This document shows positions 26,342 through 38,289 of a stretch of 64,000 nucleotides of DNA, in pieces (position 1 is the stretch's first letter; every line of letters starts with the position of its first letter). The stretch spans positions 156,178,001 to 156,242,000 of the forward strand of contig CM097885.1 in NCBI GenBank assembly GCA_044892525.1. The letters run 5' to 3'. Source of the DNA: Schmidtea polychroa (Eukaryota). Both the position numbers and the translations under genes were made by a program. Under the pieces are notes generated by a model that had not been told where the DNA came from, did not search any database, and saw only the letters and a program-made list of their open reading frames with translations.

Positions 26342-26503
26342 CTAGACGTAATTTCTACAAAATGTCTGTATCCATTTGCCGCGTCACATATGATCTTTGA
26401 TGTTATAGCTTTACTTACTAAATTGTCAAACTCCGTTTGATATGATCTGTCGATTTCATCTGCTATTCTTTTTAAATCAGTTGCGATTGGATGGCAACAA
26501 TCA
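26342..26503 (-). CDS. BAK1: Bak-like protein exon 2 (BH3)
   Basis: DCCHPIATDLKRIADEIDRSYQTEFDNLV...YRHFVEITS|gtaaat, comparable to BAK VGRQLAIIGDDINRRYDSEF...YEYFTKIATS. Confidence 0.85.
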
Positions 26504-26545
26504 CTTATTATTAATTACGCAATTTCAACAATTTATAAAAAAAAC

Positions 26546-26739
26546 TTCTTTAGTGGCTCCGTTTTATTTATAATATCTTGTGCAACTTGAGCATTTTTAT
26601 CGCGTTCAATATCAATTTGGGCGACCGAGGTAATAAATTGTGTTACGAAATTTTGAGTATTAGATTCTGCTTCCGGGACAGTATAATTTTCCTCATTATC
26701 ATCATCTTGAATTTTATCATTGGTATCTCCTGATGCCAT
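26546..26739 (-). CDS. BAK1: Bak-like protein exon 1
   Basis: MASGDTNDKIQ...TQNFVTQFITSVAQIDIERD...EPLK. A 42-nt intron (26545-26504, GT..AG) removes two in-frame stops; the joined CDS is 651 nt (216 aa). Confidence 0.75.
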
Positions 26740-27221
26740 TAAAACTATATACACTTAAAATAACAAAATAAAAAGATTTAGAAATAATAATAATGGTAAT
26801 AGTTAGAATTTAAAAAAATTATTTTTAGTTAGAATTTTTAAACAAACTTCAATAAATTAAACATTAAATTCATGTTCTTTACAGACTTAAAATAATTTAG
26901 GATTTAAATTCATTTAATTCTTTGGTATCAGTATATTTAATATTCTTTCATCTGAATATATATCCAATATTAACTAAATTTTATTATTACCTATTTCTTT
27001 TGTGTTACATCTTCATACTATTGGTTTACGAAAGTCAAATTATAATTTCGTTATGGATTCATAAACATCCAAAACTTAAATTGATTTTTGATATAAAAGA
27101 GAAGCCCTTTTGTTACTTCTTTAGTAACTTTGATGTTAATCTTAGAACAGCTGAAAGGTAAACACATAGTTGGGCCAAAATAGAGGACATTCATGATTTG
27201 TTTTATTAAGCATATAACGCA

Positions 27222-27488
27222 TGTACATTCATAGGCACCCAGTTTGAATTAAAATTACTTCTTCCTTGTTAGAATACTTTAGAGCTTAAGATTTATTAAT
27301 ACTAAAAACTGATTATCGCTCAGGAAAAAGTAATTATATTGTAGGTTTCTTGAGCAACACACACACATTCATCAATAATATAATATTACATCTTTGAAAT
27401 TCATACATAGATTACATAATAACCAAAAATACAAATTTAACATACAAAAATATTATTTTAAATAGGTATTATTTACAGTTATTCTACA
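27222..27488 (-). repeat. 3' LTR (~267 bp) of Gypsy element B
   Basis: Minus strand: PPT GAGGGGGA then TGTAGAAT...ATGTACA; TGTA/TACA terminal inverted repeat; internal AATAAA. Confidence 0.7.
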
Positions 27489-28378
27489 TCCCCCTCATTT
27501 TATAATGTTTGATCAATTTCACATTTCTAATTTTCACTTTTCCATTCTGACATTCGATCCTGAAACTTCTGCCATACAACTCTTTTATCATTTTCCTTGG
27601 ACCCTCAAATCTGTCTTCATTTTTATTTGCCACATATTTTTACCAAAAGAACATCCTCAACATTGAAAATTCGACTTGGTCTTACTTCATTGAAATATGA
27701 TTCATCTTTCATATTTCCATGCATTTGTTTTAGTAACTTTAATTTTCCTGATTTTTGCTTTTCCAATAATAATTGTAGTTCACATGGTTTGTCATTTTTA
27801 TATCGTTCTCTGGCAACTTTTTTCACAAGAACAATTTGTGCAGAACTCAGCTGAGTTGTTTTTTGAAAATTCGCATTCAACATAAATTCAACTTCAGGAA
27901 GTATTTCAACCAAGTCTTTGCCCGTTGTTTCTTTTAAGGAAATTTGGATGGCATCTATAACAGTTCTAAATTGACGTTCAATTTATCTATTAGCTGAATG
28001 ATGATACGTACTTGTTTATATACTAAATTAATACCATGTTTCTCTGCAAATTCTTTTAATAAAGCTGGCTGAAATACTTTTGCTCTATCACAATAAATAG
28101 TCATTGGAGAATCAAATTTCAAAATCATTTTTTTTGAATCTTTGTTTTTAGTTTTCTTGTTTGTAGTTCTTCGTGAATCGTTTTACATTGTAAACACGTT
28201 TCGTATTCAGTTCTTGATAATGCATATGCATTAGAATGTATTTTTCCTTTACGGTATACCATTTCAATGTTCAGACCACTTAATTGGTTAATCCATGTTT
28301 GAAATTGAGATGTGATCGGCTTCTTAGTATTCAACGTAGACGTTATTGCCCTATGGTCTGTTCTTAGTCTAAACCTTT

Positions 28379-29345
28379 TGTTGGGTTATTGAGTTGGTGA
28401 TAAATTTAAATGTTACTCTGTCTCCAAACGTGTCTTTATACGATTCACAAATAACACTTGACAACAGAAATCTTTATTGATAATCACAAATAAACTTTCT
28501 CTTCACACTGACAATCAATACAACATTCTGCATGGTGTCTATACAATGCCTATTACAACACTCGGTGAGGAATTGCACTTGCGTGTGGCACCGGATTGAA
28601 AGATCACAAATTACTGATTGGTTTATCAACTTGGACTTTGAGCTGGTTGTTTTCTTTGACCTTGTTCAGAACTTTATTCAAATACTCAAATAACTTCTTA
28701 TCGTTTAATTTTTCAACTAATTCTTATATTCAAATCTTCTCCAACAATTATTCTTCGCAATTATTTTCTTAAAAATTATTCTTCATAAGTCGTTTTCCAA
28801 TTTTCTCTCTATTCTTTTCTCGCTTTTGTCTCAATTTATCTCTCACGTTTTGTCTCAAATGCGTCACTCTCTGTCTCTAATTTTGTCTAATTTTGTCTCT
28901 CATAGTTTCTCTTTATATAGCTTGTTTATATTCTGGCACTCAAGATAATCAAGTATTTTCCCACTTTCTTTCTCCTGCCTTTCCCGACTGTTCTATTTGT
29001 ATCTCTGACAGCTATCAAGTCATTTTTCCTTTTTCCTTTTTGTTTAACCGTCGTTTCCCAGCAATTCTGCTATCACTGACAAGCTGTGAAGATAAGAGTA
29101 TTGTCGGTATTCCTATTTTCCCAATTTCGAAATTCCTTTTCCTTTCTGTAATAATTAATTAGTACTGACCTTGGTTTTTATTTTCATGTTTGATTTCTTT
29201 TGTTTTCTTCCTCTTCATCATTTCTCATTTCTTTTTGCTTCCGCTTTCTTTCTGAGTTCCTACAGATCATCCTGCTGGTCATGACGATCTTCCCCAGGTA
29301 ATTTTATTTTTTTATTTCTACATTGTTATTTAGGTATCCTCAACA
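28379..29345 (-). mobile_element. Solo LTR (family A, 967 bp) inserted in the RNase H of element B
   Basis: TGTTGAGG...CCAACA termini on minus; 4-bp TSD (CTTT on plus at 28375-28378 and 29346-29349); the empty site GGTAAAAGGTTT is visible in the paralog at ~16075. Confidence 0.92.
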
Positions 29346-30086
29346 CTTTTACCATATAAATAATGTTTGAAATGTTCGGTAAAATAAATTATGGCTAAAA
29401 ATTCTTTCCGAGTGATACAATATCCGACTTCTTGTCTGTTCATTGCGTGCGAACCATATACAATTACTCTTTCTTTGCCAATTTCATCTAATTGTGATAA
29501 AGCTGTTCCGATTCTGTCAAAATTGGCATCTGTGTCCAAAATAAATTCCTTTGTAAAGCCAAAGAATACAAGATTTAAAGCTTTTACTAATTCTTTTTTC
29601 AATTTTTGAAAGGCTTCTTCGCATTAATTTGTCTACATAATTTTTGTCCGATTTACACCGCATAATCTTTCGTGTGGTTTTGAATATATACTATAACTTT
29701 TTTATAAATTGATGATAATAATTTGTTAATCCTAGAAAACTTTGTAATTTGTTAACACATTTTGGAGTTTCAAAATTTTCAATCGCGATGATTTTATCGT
29801 AATCTGTGTGTATCGCTTCATCATTTATGGCATTTTCTCAATATTTTATCTTTTTTTTAATAAAATAATATTTTTTAGACTTATATTTAACCCTGAAATA
29901 ATTTTCTTATTCTCTTATTATTAGAAGCTGCTAAAACATCTTCTAAATTATTTTTTAAATCCGGTTCAAAAGTTAACGTCATAATTCCAAGTATTTATTT
30001 AATGAAATGTTGTATAATTTCCAATCAAATTTTCAGAGTTGAATAAAATATTTCAAAAAACCATTTATTAAAATTTCGATATTTAA

Positions 30087-31967
30087 CCCTGCAGAGCACG
30101 CGCTAAAAAAATTACATGGATGCGCGCGTTGGGTCTCACAGACCCAATATTGTTTTCTCATGATTTATAGACTTATTGATTGGCAAAATAAAGCAATATT
30201 AAATTTTAAAAGATTTATTACTTTATAAACAAGCTTTTACATTCAAAATATTCAACAATTTATGAAAAAACACAGGAAAGAATTATTCATTGCACAAAAG
30301 AAACTGCATACTGTGAAGCAAGCTATTGATCATCAGAAAGACACTGTTCGCAAATAAATTTAGCGTGTTTTAAACACAAATACTTGTGGCACGTGGTACA
30401 GAAGTATTTAGTCTTTCTGTCTCTACCCTGGCATTTATGACAACGCCCTCGTTTGCCAACTGAGGGGGCCTCATTTTGTACTTCTGTGTTTGTTACTTTG
30501 GACAATTTCTGTCGCAGTTGCTTTGGCAAGGTTACGATACTGGATCTTTTCTTGACGTGATCGTCAACTAATTCTAGACACAATTTCTTCAGAAATGTTC
30601 GTCTTTGCATTGGTTTATTTCCATTTTTGCAATAAATAATAAACCCATTGACACCTTCGATGTTTAGTAAGCGATAAAATATGACCATCGGCCATCGTCT
30701 GGTGTTTCTAGCACAATTGTAAAGGGATGACTTTTGATCTACAGTGTCCACTCCTCCTTTTGTAGCGTTGTAGAAAGTTATTATTTCTGGCTTACGAGCG
30801 TCTCCTGTCTCCTCGTCAATCTTGTCATCATTGTGAAGTGTAGAAAGTACCAAAACATTCTTCTTCTTTTTAGGAATATAAGAGACTAAAGTGCAGTTAT
30901 CCTCAAAGCCAAACAAACTTGTTTTTTCTTCTCTGCCTCGAAGGTTCAGGAATTCAGGAGGAATTTGTCTTTTGTTTTTCCTCAAAGTGCCAACAACTGT
31001 TATTTTATGCCTAAGCATTCTTTTAGATAAATCATAGCTAGTAAACCAGTTATCCAAGGTTATGTTTCTCCCTGTTCCGAGTATACTACTGCACACCCGT
31101 TCAACAACATCACCAGGACTATTACTAACTTTATAGGGTCCATCCGCTTGCGTTCCGACATAGACCTCAATCTTACTTGTGAAGAAAGTTTGCGCATCCA
31201 CTAAAGCAAAAAGCTTGATCCCATATTTATCAGGTTTAGATGGAATATATTGTCGAAAACTGCATCTTCCTCGAAAACCAGCTAACATTTCATCAACGGT
31301 GGCATATTCGGAAATAGAATAAGAATTCTGACAGTTATTTACAAATATTTGAAATATCTCTCTGATTGGGGCTAGTTTGTCACTCTTCAGCTTTTCACTT
31401 CTTGTCGTTTTGTCGTCGAACCTGATGCACTGGAGAAGGAATTTGAATCGTCGTAATGACATAGTAGTATGAAATATATCAACACCTGTTCCATCTTGCT
31501 CCCACAGATCTTCCAAATTTTGTCTTCCTTTTTTTCCAAACTGTCTCACCATCTTTACCAGTATAGTAGTCTAAACCATCTGTATCCAACTCATCCTCAG
31601 AAGCTACGTCACTCATTTCTTGTTCATTATCAGTAGATTCACGTCTAACCTCCAAATTGTCTTCCTCACCTGCGTCACTATCATCATCAGTTTCATCAGA
31701 ACTCACAACAATTGTCTCCAGTAGCTGTCGGATTCTTTCGTTTTCTTTTTAAACTGGATCCATGATTATTTTTTTTTCAAAAATAGTAAAGACTGTTGTC
31801 TAAAATTATAATAATTTAATAATGTATTAATGATTTTGGTCGAAATTAAAGTAAAGCTGAAATGAATCAGCTACAGAATGTTCTGAATTGATGCTACGCC
31901 ACAAAAATTTTTTTTACGCAAAAAAAGATCGTCTGGGTCTGTGAGACCCAACGCGTCCTCTGGAGGG
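30087..31967 (-). mobile_element. piggyBac transposon, internally deleted
   Basis: TTAA TSDs; TIR CCCT(G/C)CAGAG(C/G)ACGCG plus internal repeat TTGGGTCTCACAGACCCA at both ends. Confidence 0.92.
30323..31764 (-). pseudogene. piggyBac transposase (DDD triad and C-terminal Cys-rich domain intact; N-terminal stop and deletion)
   Basis: TVDEML, TLDNWFTS, GGVDTVDQ; CHKC...CTTCHKYLCLKH; TAA at codon 5; a frameshifting deletion joins GKDGETVW to KKGRQNLEDLW. Confidence 0.9.
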
Positions 31968-33384
31968 TTAAAATATATTTATTTAAAAATGATCCGGTTA
32001 AAAAGCTTGTTTAATTTAAAAATTTAAAAATTTCAGTTTAAAAATTATTTTAAAAATTATTTTAAATAGTCAATTATTTATCATTCCAAATTATTTTAAT
32101 AATTTTTTGAAATATTTAACTCTCAGCTGAAAACACCTCACACTTATAGTGTGCTTGTAAAGAAGACGAAAATATTAATATGTCGTCAAGATAAACAAAA
32201 GCTTTTTTTTACCATTCAGTGGTCTTAATACTTTATCCATGAGCTTTGGAAATATTGCAGGTGCAGCTGCGATGCTAAAATCCATACAAATAAAACAATA
32301 TTGAATATTATTTGTGGAAAATTCTGTTTTAATCTAGATTCATCTTGTAGCTCAACTTTATAATAAACACTTTCTAAATCAAGCGTGGTAAAATATTTGG
32401 CGAGATACAAAACTTAAGAACTGTATCAAATGGGTTAATACTCGCAAGAAATGAGCGTGCCTCTGCACACTATAATCGTCGAGCCTTCGGTGTGTTCACG
32501 GACTACCGAGAGATGGCCTATGTACGATTTCTTTTAGGTTTATTCTTCGCTTCACCAATTTTTACCCGTATATTTTATAGAATGCACTCATCATATATCT
32601 CAATCCAACCCAATTCAGCCCAGAGAGTTTCGTAATCCAACTCAATCCAGTGGTGACTATATTGTAAATATAACGGTTTAATTTTTTGTGATTCAGTTTG
32701 ATATATAATTTGACTTATAAATGGAATTATCATTGACATTTTATTTTTGACTGATTTATGATTTCCGATTATGACATTTATTTATTATTGCTAACTATGT
32801 TTTATTCGTATTGTGTTATAAATAATTGGGCTTTTATTTGTTTACAATCTATTTATCATTTGTTTTCGTGTTTTCACATAAAATCTTAATTTTATAATTA
32901 GAGAATGGGATTAATAAAATTTTAATCATTAACATTAATTAAGAAAATTTTAATTTAATATAAAACAGCTGTAGAAATTAAATTGAGAAATAAAACATTT
33001 AGAGTTTGCATTTTTAGCTGTAACATTTTTGAAATAAAATATTTCTTTTGAATTAAGTATTCTTGAAAAAAATTCTTATGGAAATAAAATAATTCTTGAC
33101 TGTCAAGACATGATTCTTTAAGACTTGAAAATAATAAATTATTTTTTACAATAACAGCTGTCCAAAAAAATTGTATAAATAGCGACTTAAAATCACTATT
33201 CTTCGCCCAAAAATAAAGCCACTTTTTACATAATCTAAAAAGGTAAATCCTTATTAGATTTTAAACTCAGATGGACACGACAGAAAAGTCTAAAATCGCA
33301 CGCAACATAGGACGGAATAACAAAACAGTCACACAATTACATATTTGCACCCATTATCTAGCGAATCAAAATCTGAAATCGAAA

Positions 33385-34140
33385 GAAATTGTACATTCAA
33401 TTGGTAGAAGTTTGTTTTTTAGGACACATTATTTCTCGCGATGGAGTTCGTCCACTTTTAGACAGACTTGGCAAAATCCGCAATTTTCCTCTTCCGAAAA
33501 CAGTAACACAACTACGAAATTTTCTTGAAACGGTGAACTACTGCCATAGATTCATCTCCAAAGTTTCCGAAATTCTTTCACCACTTTCAGGTCTTTGTTC
33601 TAAACCAAAGAAATCTTTAGTTATCTGGAATAAGGATTCACTTGAAGCTTTTGAAAAAGCAAAAGGTTCTTTGTCGGAAATACATTACATTATCTCAAAA
33701 AAAGATTTATCATCTCGCTTATCCACAGAAGCTTCAAACATAGCTATTGGGGTCGTATTACATCAAATTTATGGTTTTGTCGTAGAACCTTTTTTTTTAT
33801 TCCAAAAAAACTTTCATCTGCTCAACACAAATACTCGGCTTTTGATCGCGAGCTTCTTGCTATTTACCAGGCGATTAAAAATTTCAGATATCTGCTCGAA
33901 GGTTGTTCTTTCAACATACATACAGACCATAAACCGCTGCTGTACCTCTTTAGTATGAAAGATCTTTCACCTCGTCAGCAACGTCAGATCAGCTTCATAT
34001 CAGAATTTTCTTGCCAGATATGCCACATAGCCGACAAAGAAAATATAATCGCTGATTATCTTTCGCGAAACATCAACATTATATTACACGAAGCTTTGTT
34101 CTCCATTAGCGAACTGCAAAATGATCCTCCATTTTCCAAA
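33385..34140 (+). pseudogene. Gypsy RT-connection/RNase H fragment (a third family)
   Basis: FLGHIIS...PLPKTVTQLRNFL...TEASNIAIGVVLHQ...YSAFDRELLAIY...TDHKPL...ENIIADYLSR. Confidence 0.85.
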
Positions 34141-34259
34141 AACATATTGAAATTCGGAGATAAACATATTGTCCAAAATGGAAAGAAATTATTATTATGA
34201 AATTGTTTTTAGCAACAAATCAAAATGTTGAAATTTCAAAAGACAATTTTAAGATATTT

Positions 34260-34760
34260 AAATAATTATTTAATATCTTCCAAAAGGATTAGGCCTTGTG
34301 TGGAAAAAAGAAATTCAAATAGAATATTGGATATTCGGCAAACATTTGTTACACGTCTGCTTAAAGATGGTTGAACAGTAAATATATTTATATAGATGAA
34401 TGCTCTTTCAATACATGGACGAATGAGATTCGGTAGATCAAGAGTAGCCAATCGAATTTATAGCAATGTGCCAACAAATCGAGGTCCCAATATTTCTCTA
34501 GTTTTGGCAATTTCCAAAATTATTATTGGATCTTTTAAAAAGGCATCATATCAGTCATTTCTAACTGAATTGACTGTGAAACTGGATGGCACTGGATTCA
34601 TTTTGATCCACGATAATGCATCCATCCACAATAATATATTTCCATTCCATAATCAAATTGAAAAGTCGCCTCCATATAGTCCATTTTTGAACACCATCGA
34701 AAAGTACGTTCAGCAAAATTAAGAATGAGGTAAGGACTAAAATTTAATCAGCTGATGGAT
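34260..34760 (+). pseudogene. IS630/Tc1-like transposase remnant
   Basis: YIDECSF...RGPNISLVLAIS...LIHDNASIH...SPPYSPFLNTIE. Confidence 0.7.
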
Positions 34761-34869
34761 TTAGCAGAATGACTTTCAATAACAGTTTTACTGCAATATC
34801 CCAAGCAGTTAACGAGGAACTTCGAAAACCAGATTATAGTAATTTGAAAAATTACTATAATCATATTAA

Positions 34870-35053
34870 CCGTTTGCGGACGAAATTAATTTTAATAAGT
34901 AGGGCTTTTAAGCATAAAATATTTAGGATATGAATGTCCGATATCGTGGTATGATTTTTTTAAAGTTTGGTCAGCACAGCTGGCCATTATACATTGTTGA
35001 ACATCTGGAAAAAAATTCGTGGCCAACAGTGCTGGCCTACCGCCCGCAAAAGG
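34870..35053. mobile_element. piggyBac-type MITE
   Basis: TTAA|CCGTTTGCGGACG...CGCCCGCAAAAGG|TTAA. Confidence 0.6.
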
Positions 35054-35448
35054 TTAAAAGATTCTTCCCTAAATGCTTGAAGAAAAAAGATATTTTAGGT
35101 GAACTCTGAAACATTTTATGTGTATTTAAATAAATAAATATCTTTTACCATAAATTTCACCTAAAAACTTATATTAATACTAAAACCAAAATAAAGCTCA
35201 ATTTACCTTTTTTATTAAATGTCTTATTAATGATTATCAATTGCGCTTTGGTGTACGTATTAATTTTTTTTCTCTTAGTGAATTTTTCTATCCACTTATA
35301 GTAAACTTAATTTTATGGAAATGTCATCTATAAAATCAAAAAGCTTATATTATAGAAACACACAGATCTGTCTGTATTGATTGTTTTGTAGAATAGCAAA
35401 ATTAATATAAATTGAGAAAGTGATAATAAAAATAAGTTCAAACACAAA

Positions 35449-35835
35449 CATGGGCGTGCGCAAAGGGGGTGGCAAGTGCCCCCACCCCTGAATTTCCTAA
35501 ACCATTCTATTTTTCGATTAATTTAAAAACATTTTAATAGATGCGCTCAAACAATGTTGGAAAATTACAAGGCAAAAGAATTAATAAAAACATTTAATTT
35601 AAAGAGGCTTCCTGTTTTTATGTTATTAATTATATCTGGAAATCAATGATTTCAATTCATCTTATTTGTATAAAAACTTTCAATATTAACAGATGTTCTG
35701 GTTTTAAAAAGTGTTCTATTTTGTAAATTAATGAAAAAAAAGTCCTATTTTGTATAATGCCCAAATATTTTTTATACACATGCATTTTTTTTCAACTCCC
35801 TTCCCCCCTTCGAAAAATTCCTGTGGACGTCCATG
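35449..35835. mobile_element. hAT-type MITE
   Basis: TIR CATGG(G/A)CGT; perfect 8-bp TSD AACACAAA. Confidence 0.8.
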
Positions 35836-36274
35836 AACACAAATACATATATTAAACGAATGCAAAATCGATCTATAACTGCTTTATTTTTGAAACAATA
35901 AAACAAATAAAATGTAGAATTTAATACCAAAGACTATCGAATTCAAATTTACTACCCTACAAAATAGAATTAAAAACAAGATAATGAAAATTAATTTTAT
36001 TTAGGTCGACACATTTGAGAGCTATATAAAAAGCTACAAACATTATTTTGTGAATAATCGCCAATTTTGGCAAAATATACTGTAAAAATGATAAAATGTC
36101 ACGAATATTATAAAAAATGTAACTTTAAGTTAAAACTTATTATTAAAACTTATGTTTGTGTGTTTCCTATATTATTGATTGCAATGCGATGTATAAAACC
36201 GAAATCTATCAAATTCTAGAGAAATAAAAAAACAAAGAAAAATCAAAAATATATTCTAGCACCAAAAAATAAAA

Positions 36275-36793
36275 CTACCAATCAACATCTCCCCAACCAT
36301 CTTCATTGGATGTGGTTGATTTCCTATTGGAAACGGGTTTCTTGACTTCGACATGTTTCTTTAATTGCAATTTGCTTTGAGGTTTCGCTGGTGCCGATTC
36401 TTTAATAATATTATCGAAGAAATCATCCGGATTACTATCCCATCTAGTATCGATACTTTTGATGGGTGGTTGTGAATCAAACATAATGTCTTCCAACGGT
36501 GCCCATTCATTGTCGTCGTTATTTTCTTCCTCTTTCTCGCTGTTGTCTATTATATGTGGGTCAGTAGCCTTGTCTGGTTTTACAATTTTCAAAGGCTCCG
36601 GCGAAATGTTCTTTGTGGTGTTCGTTTCACGAACTGGTTCCGATGACTGATTGGTTAGTGTTGTGTTGTTTCTGGCAGTTGTCGTTTCATTCTTTTTAAT
36701 GAAACTTACGGCCCAATTTTTCCAACCTATCGACTTTTGGGCTTCTATATTTTCAAGAGGCACTATTTTATTGTTTTCCGGATTCTGAGATGC
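36275..36793 (-). CDS. SCYL1: SCY1-like pseudokinase 1, exon 4 (disordered C-terminus, stop)
   Basis: Acceptor gctatag|GCA; ASQNPENN...GWKNWAVS...EDGWGDVDW*; phase 0 with exon 3. Confidence 0.75.
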   Translation of the reverse strand, partial: ASQNPENNKIVPLENIEAQKSIGWKNWAVSFIKKNETTTARNNTTLTNQSSEPVRETNTTKNISPEPLKIVKPDKATDPHIIDNSEKEEENNDDNEWAPLEDIMFDSQPPIKSIDTRWDSNPDDFFDNIIKESAPAKPQSKLQLKKHVEVKKPVSNRKSTTSNEDGWGDVDW

Positions 36794-37551
36794 CTATAGC
36801 ATTTTTATAAATAATATTGCTACAAAATGGATTGGTAATAAAAACAATATTAAATTTCAGTGAAAAGTGCTTCATTATTGTCCAAAACTGTTTAAAATGT
36901 AATATATAGTGGTGTCGAATCACCAATATGACCTTGGAATTCCAAGTTTTATGTTGTTATTATTTAAATACCCAAACCCACTTTCACACATAAGTTTTTA
37001 TTAAATAGTATTTTTTAATTTTATCATTTAATTCTTAATAATTTAATTTTGAAAAGCTCAATAAACAATTAATTGACATATAATCAACTTTAATCAAAAT
37101 TTATATTAAATATTCAATAATTATAATATAAGATTATATCAAATTAAAATAAACCTCATTAAATGAAAAGCTAAAACTATTAACCCATATTCTCATTAAA
37201 ATCTTTTATTTCGCCACTGCCTTTATATAGTGTAAATAATCCGAGTAAATGCAGTTCCGGAAATAAGTCTTATATAAGAAAAATAAATTTTGATCAATAG
37301 TCATAATGGAAACTTATGTAAAATTAAAATAACAAATGTGCTTGGAAAATGGTTATTTAAAAAAAGTATCTTCTTATTTTTAATTTAGCAATTTATAAAA
37401 TAATAATAACAACTATGCCTACCGTATATAATATTTACATTGCGATATATATATGTCGTAGGCAAATGGTAATTTTAGGAAAATAACATTTTCAAGGTCA
37501 TATTATTATTTAAAAAAAATATTATTATTTTCTAAGTTTTTATTTTCTAAG

Positions 37552-37553
<2 letters not shown>

Positions 37554-37600
<47 letters not shown>
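37554..37600. repeat. (ATT)n microsatellite
   Basis: About 15 uninterrupted ATT units. Confidence 0.95.
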
Positions 37601-37601
<1 letters not shown>

Positions 37602-37602
37602 G

Positions 37603-37777
37603 TATTTAAAACAATAAAATGATAATTTAAGCCTTTTGCTGCAAATAATGTATTTAATGAAAGAATTTTCGACTATACGATAATCCTTGTCAAGGACTAT
37701 CGTATAGTCGAAAATTCTTTCATTAAATACATTATTTGCAGCAAAAGGCTTAAATTATCATTTTATTGTTTTAAATA
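37603..37777. repeat. 175-bp near-perfect palindrome
   Basis: 87-bp arms around a single central base (37690), one mismatch (37683/37697). Confidence 0.9.
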
Positions 37778-38289
37778 ATAAATGCTGCCACCAAGCAATC
37801 ATCATTTTATACTTATTATTAGTATTAATATATATATATATATATATATATATACTCCTAGTCTATCCGACAAAATATTCTGTCCCCCTATGGGTATTAG
37901 TCGTAAGGGTACTGGTCGCACTCAACAACTCGCGAGGGTATTATTATGAAATAATAGCTAAAGCTATTTGACCAGGCAAATAACATTTGCCTAGCCAAAT
38001 GTTATTTTCCTAAAATTACCATTTGCCTACGACATATACACAATTTTTCACAAATTTATTTAATTATTTTAAATATTATCCACAAATGAATTGGCCTATA
38101 TGCTATTGATAAAAGAATTACTTATAAAATTGGTTTAATAAATAGTGACTTATTGTGTAACAATGGCGAAAACCTTTGTATTTACAATTAAAATTCAGGT
38201 ACGGCTGATGTTTTATATCAATACCTTCCATGTTATTCCCTTAGCCTAAATTCTTTCTCTATCACTTGAAAGACTATAACATTTAGGTA

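Larger units (their letters stand above)
27222..30000 (-). mobile_element. Gypsy element B: 5'-truncated, internally deleted pol remnant plus 3' LTR, interrupted by a solo LTR
   Basis: RT end/connection (FLGLTNYY), RNaseH FILDTDANFDRIG...HFKHYLYGK|RFRLRTD, integrase core YCDRAKVF...IERQFRTV, PPT and LTR. Confidence 0.85.
37454..38034. mobile_element. TA-flanked MITE with ~40-bp TIRs enclosing microsatellites and a long palindrome
   Basis: TGTCGTAGGCAAATGGTAATTTTAGGAAAATAACATTT is inverted at 37997-38034; TA on both sides. Confidence 0.7.
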
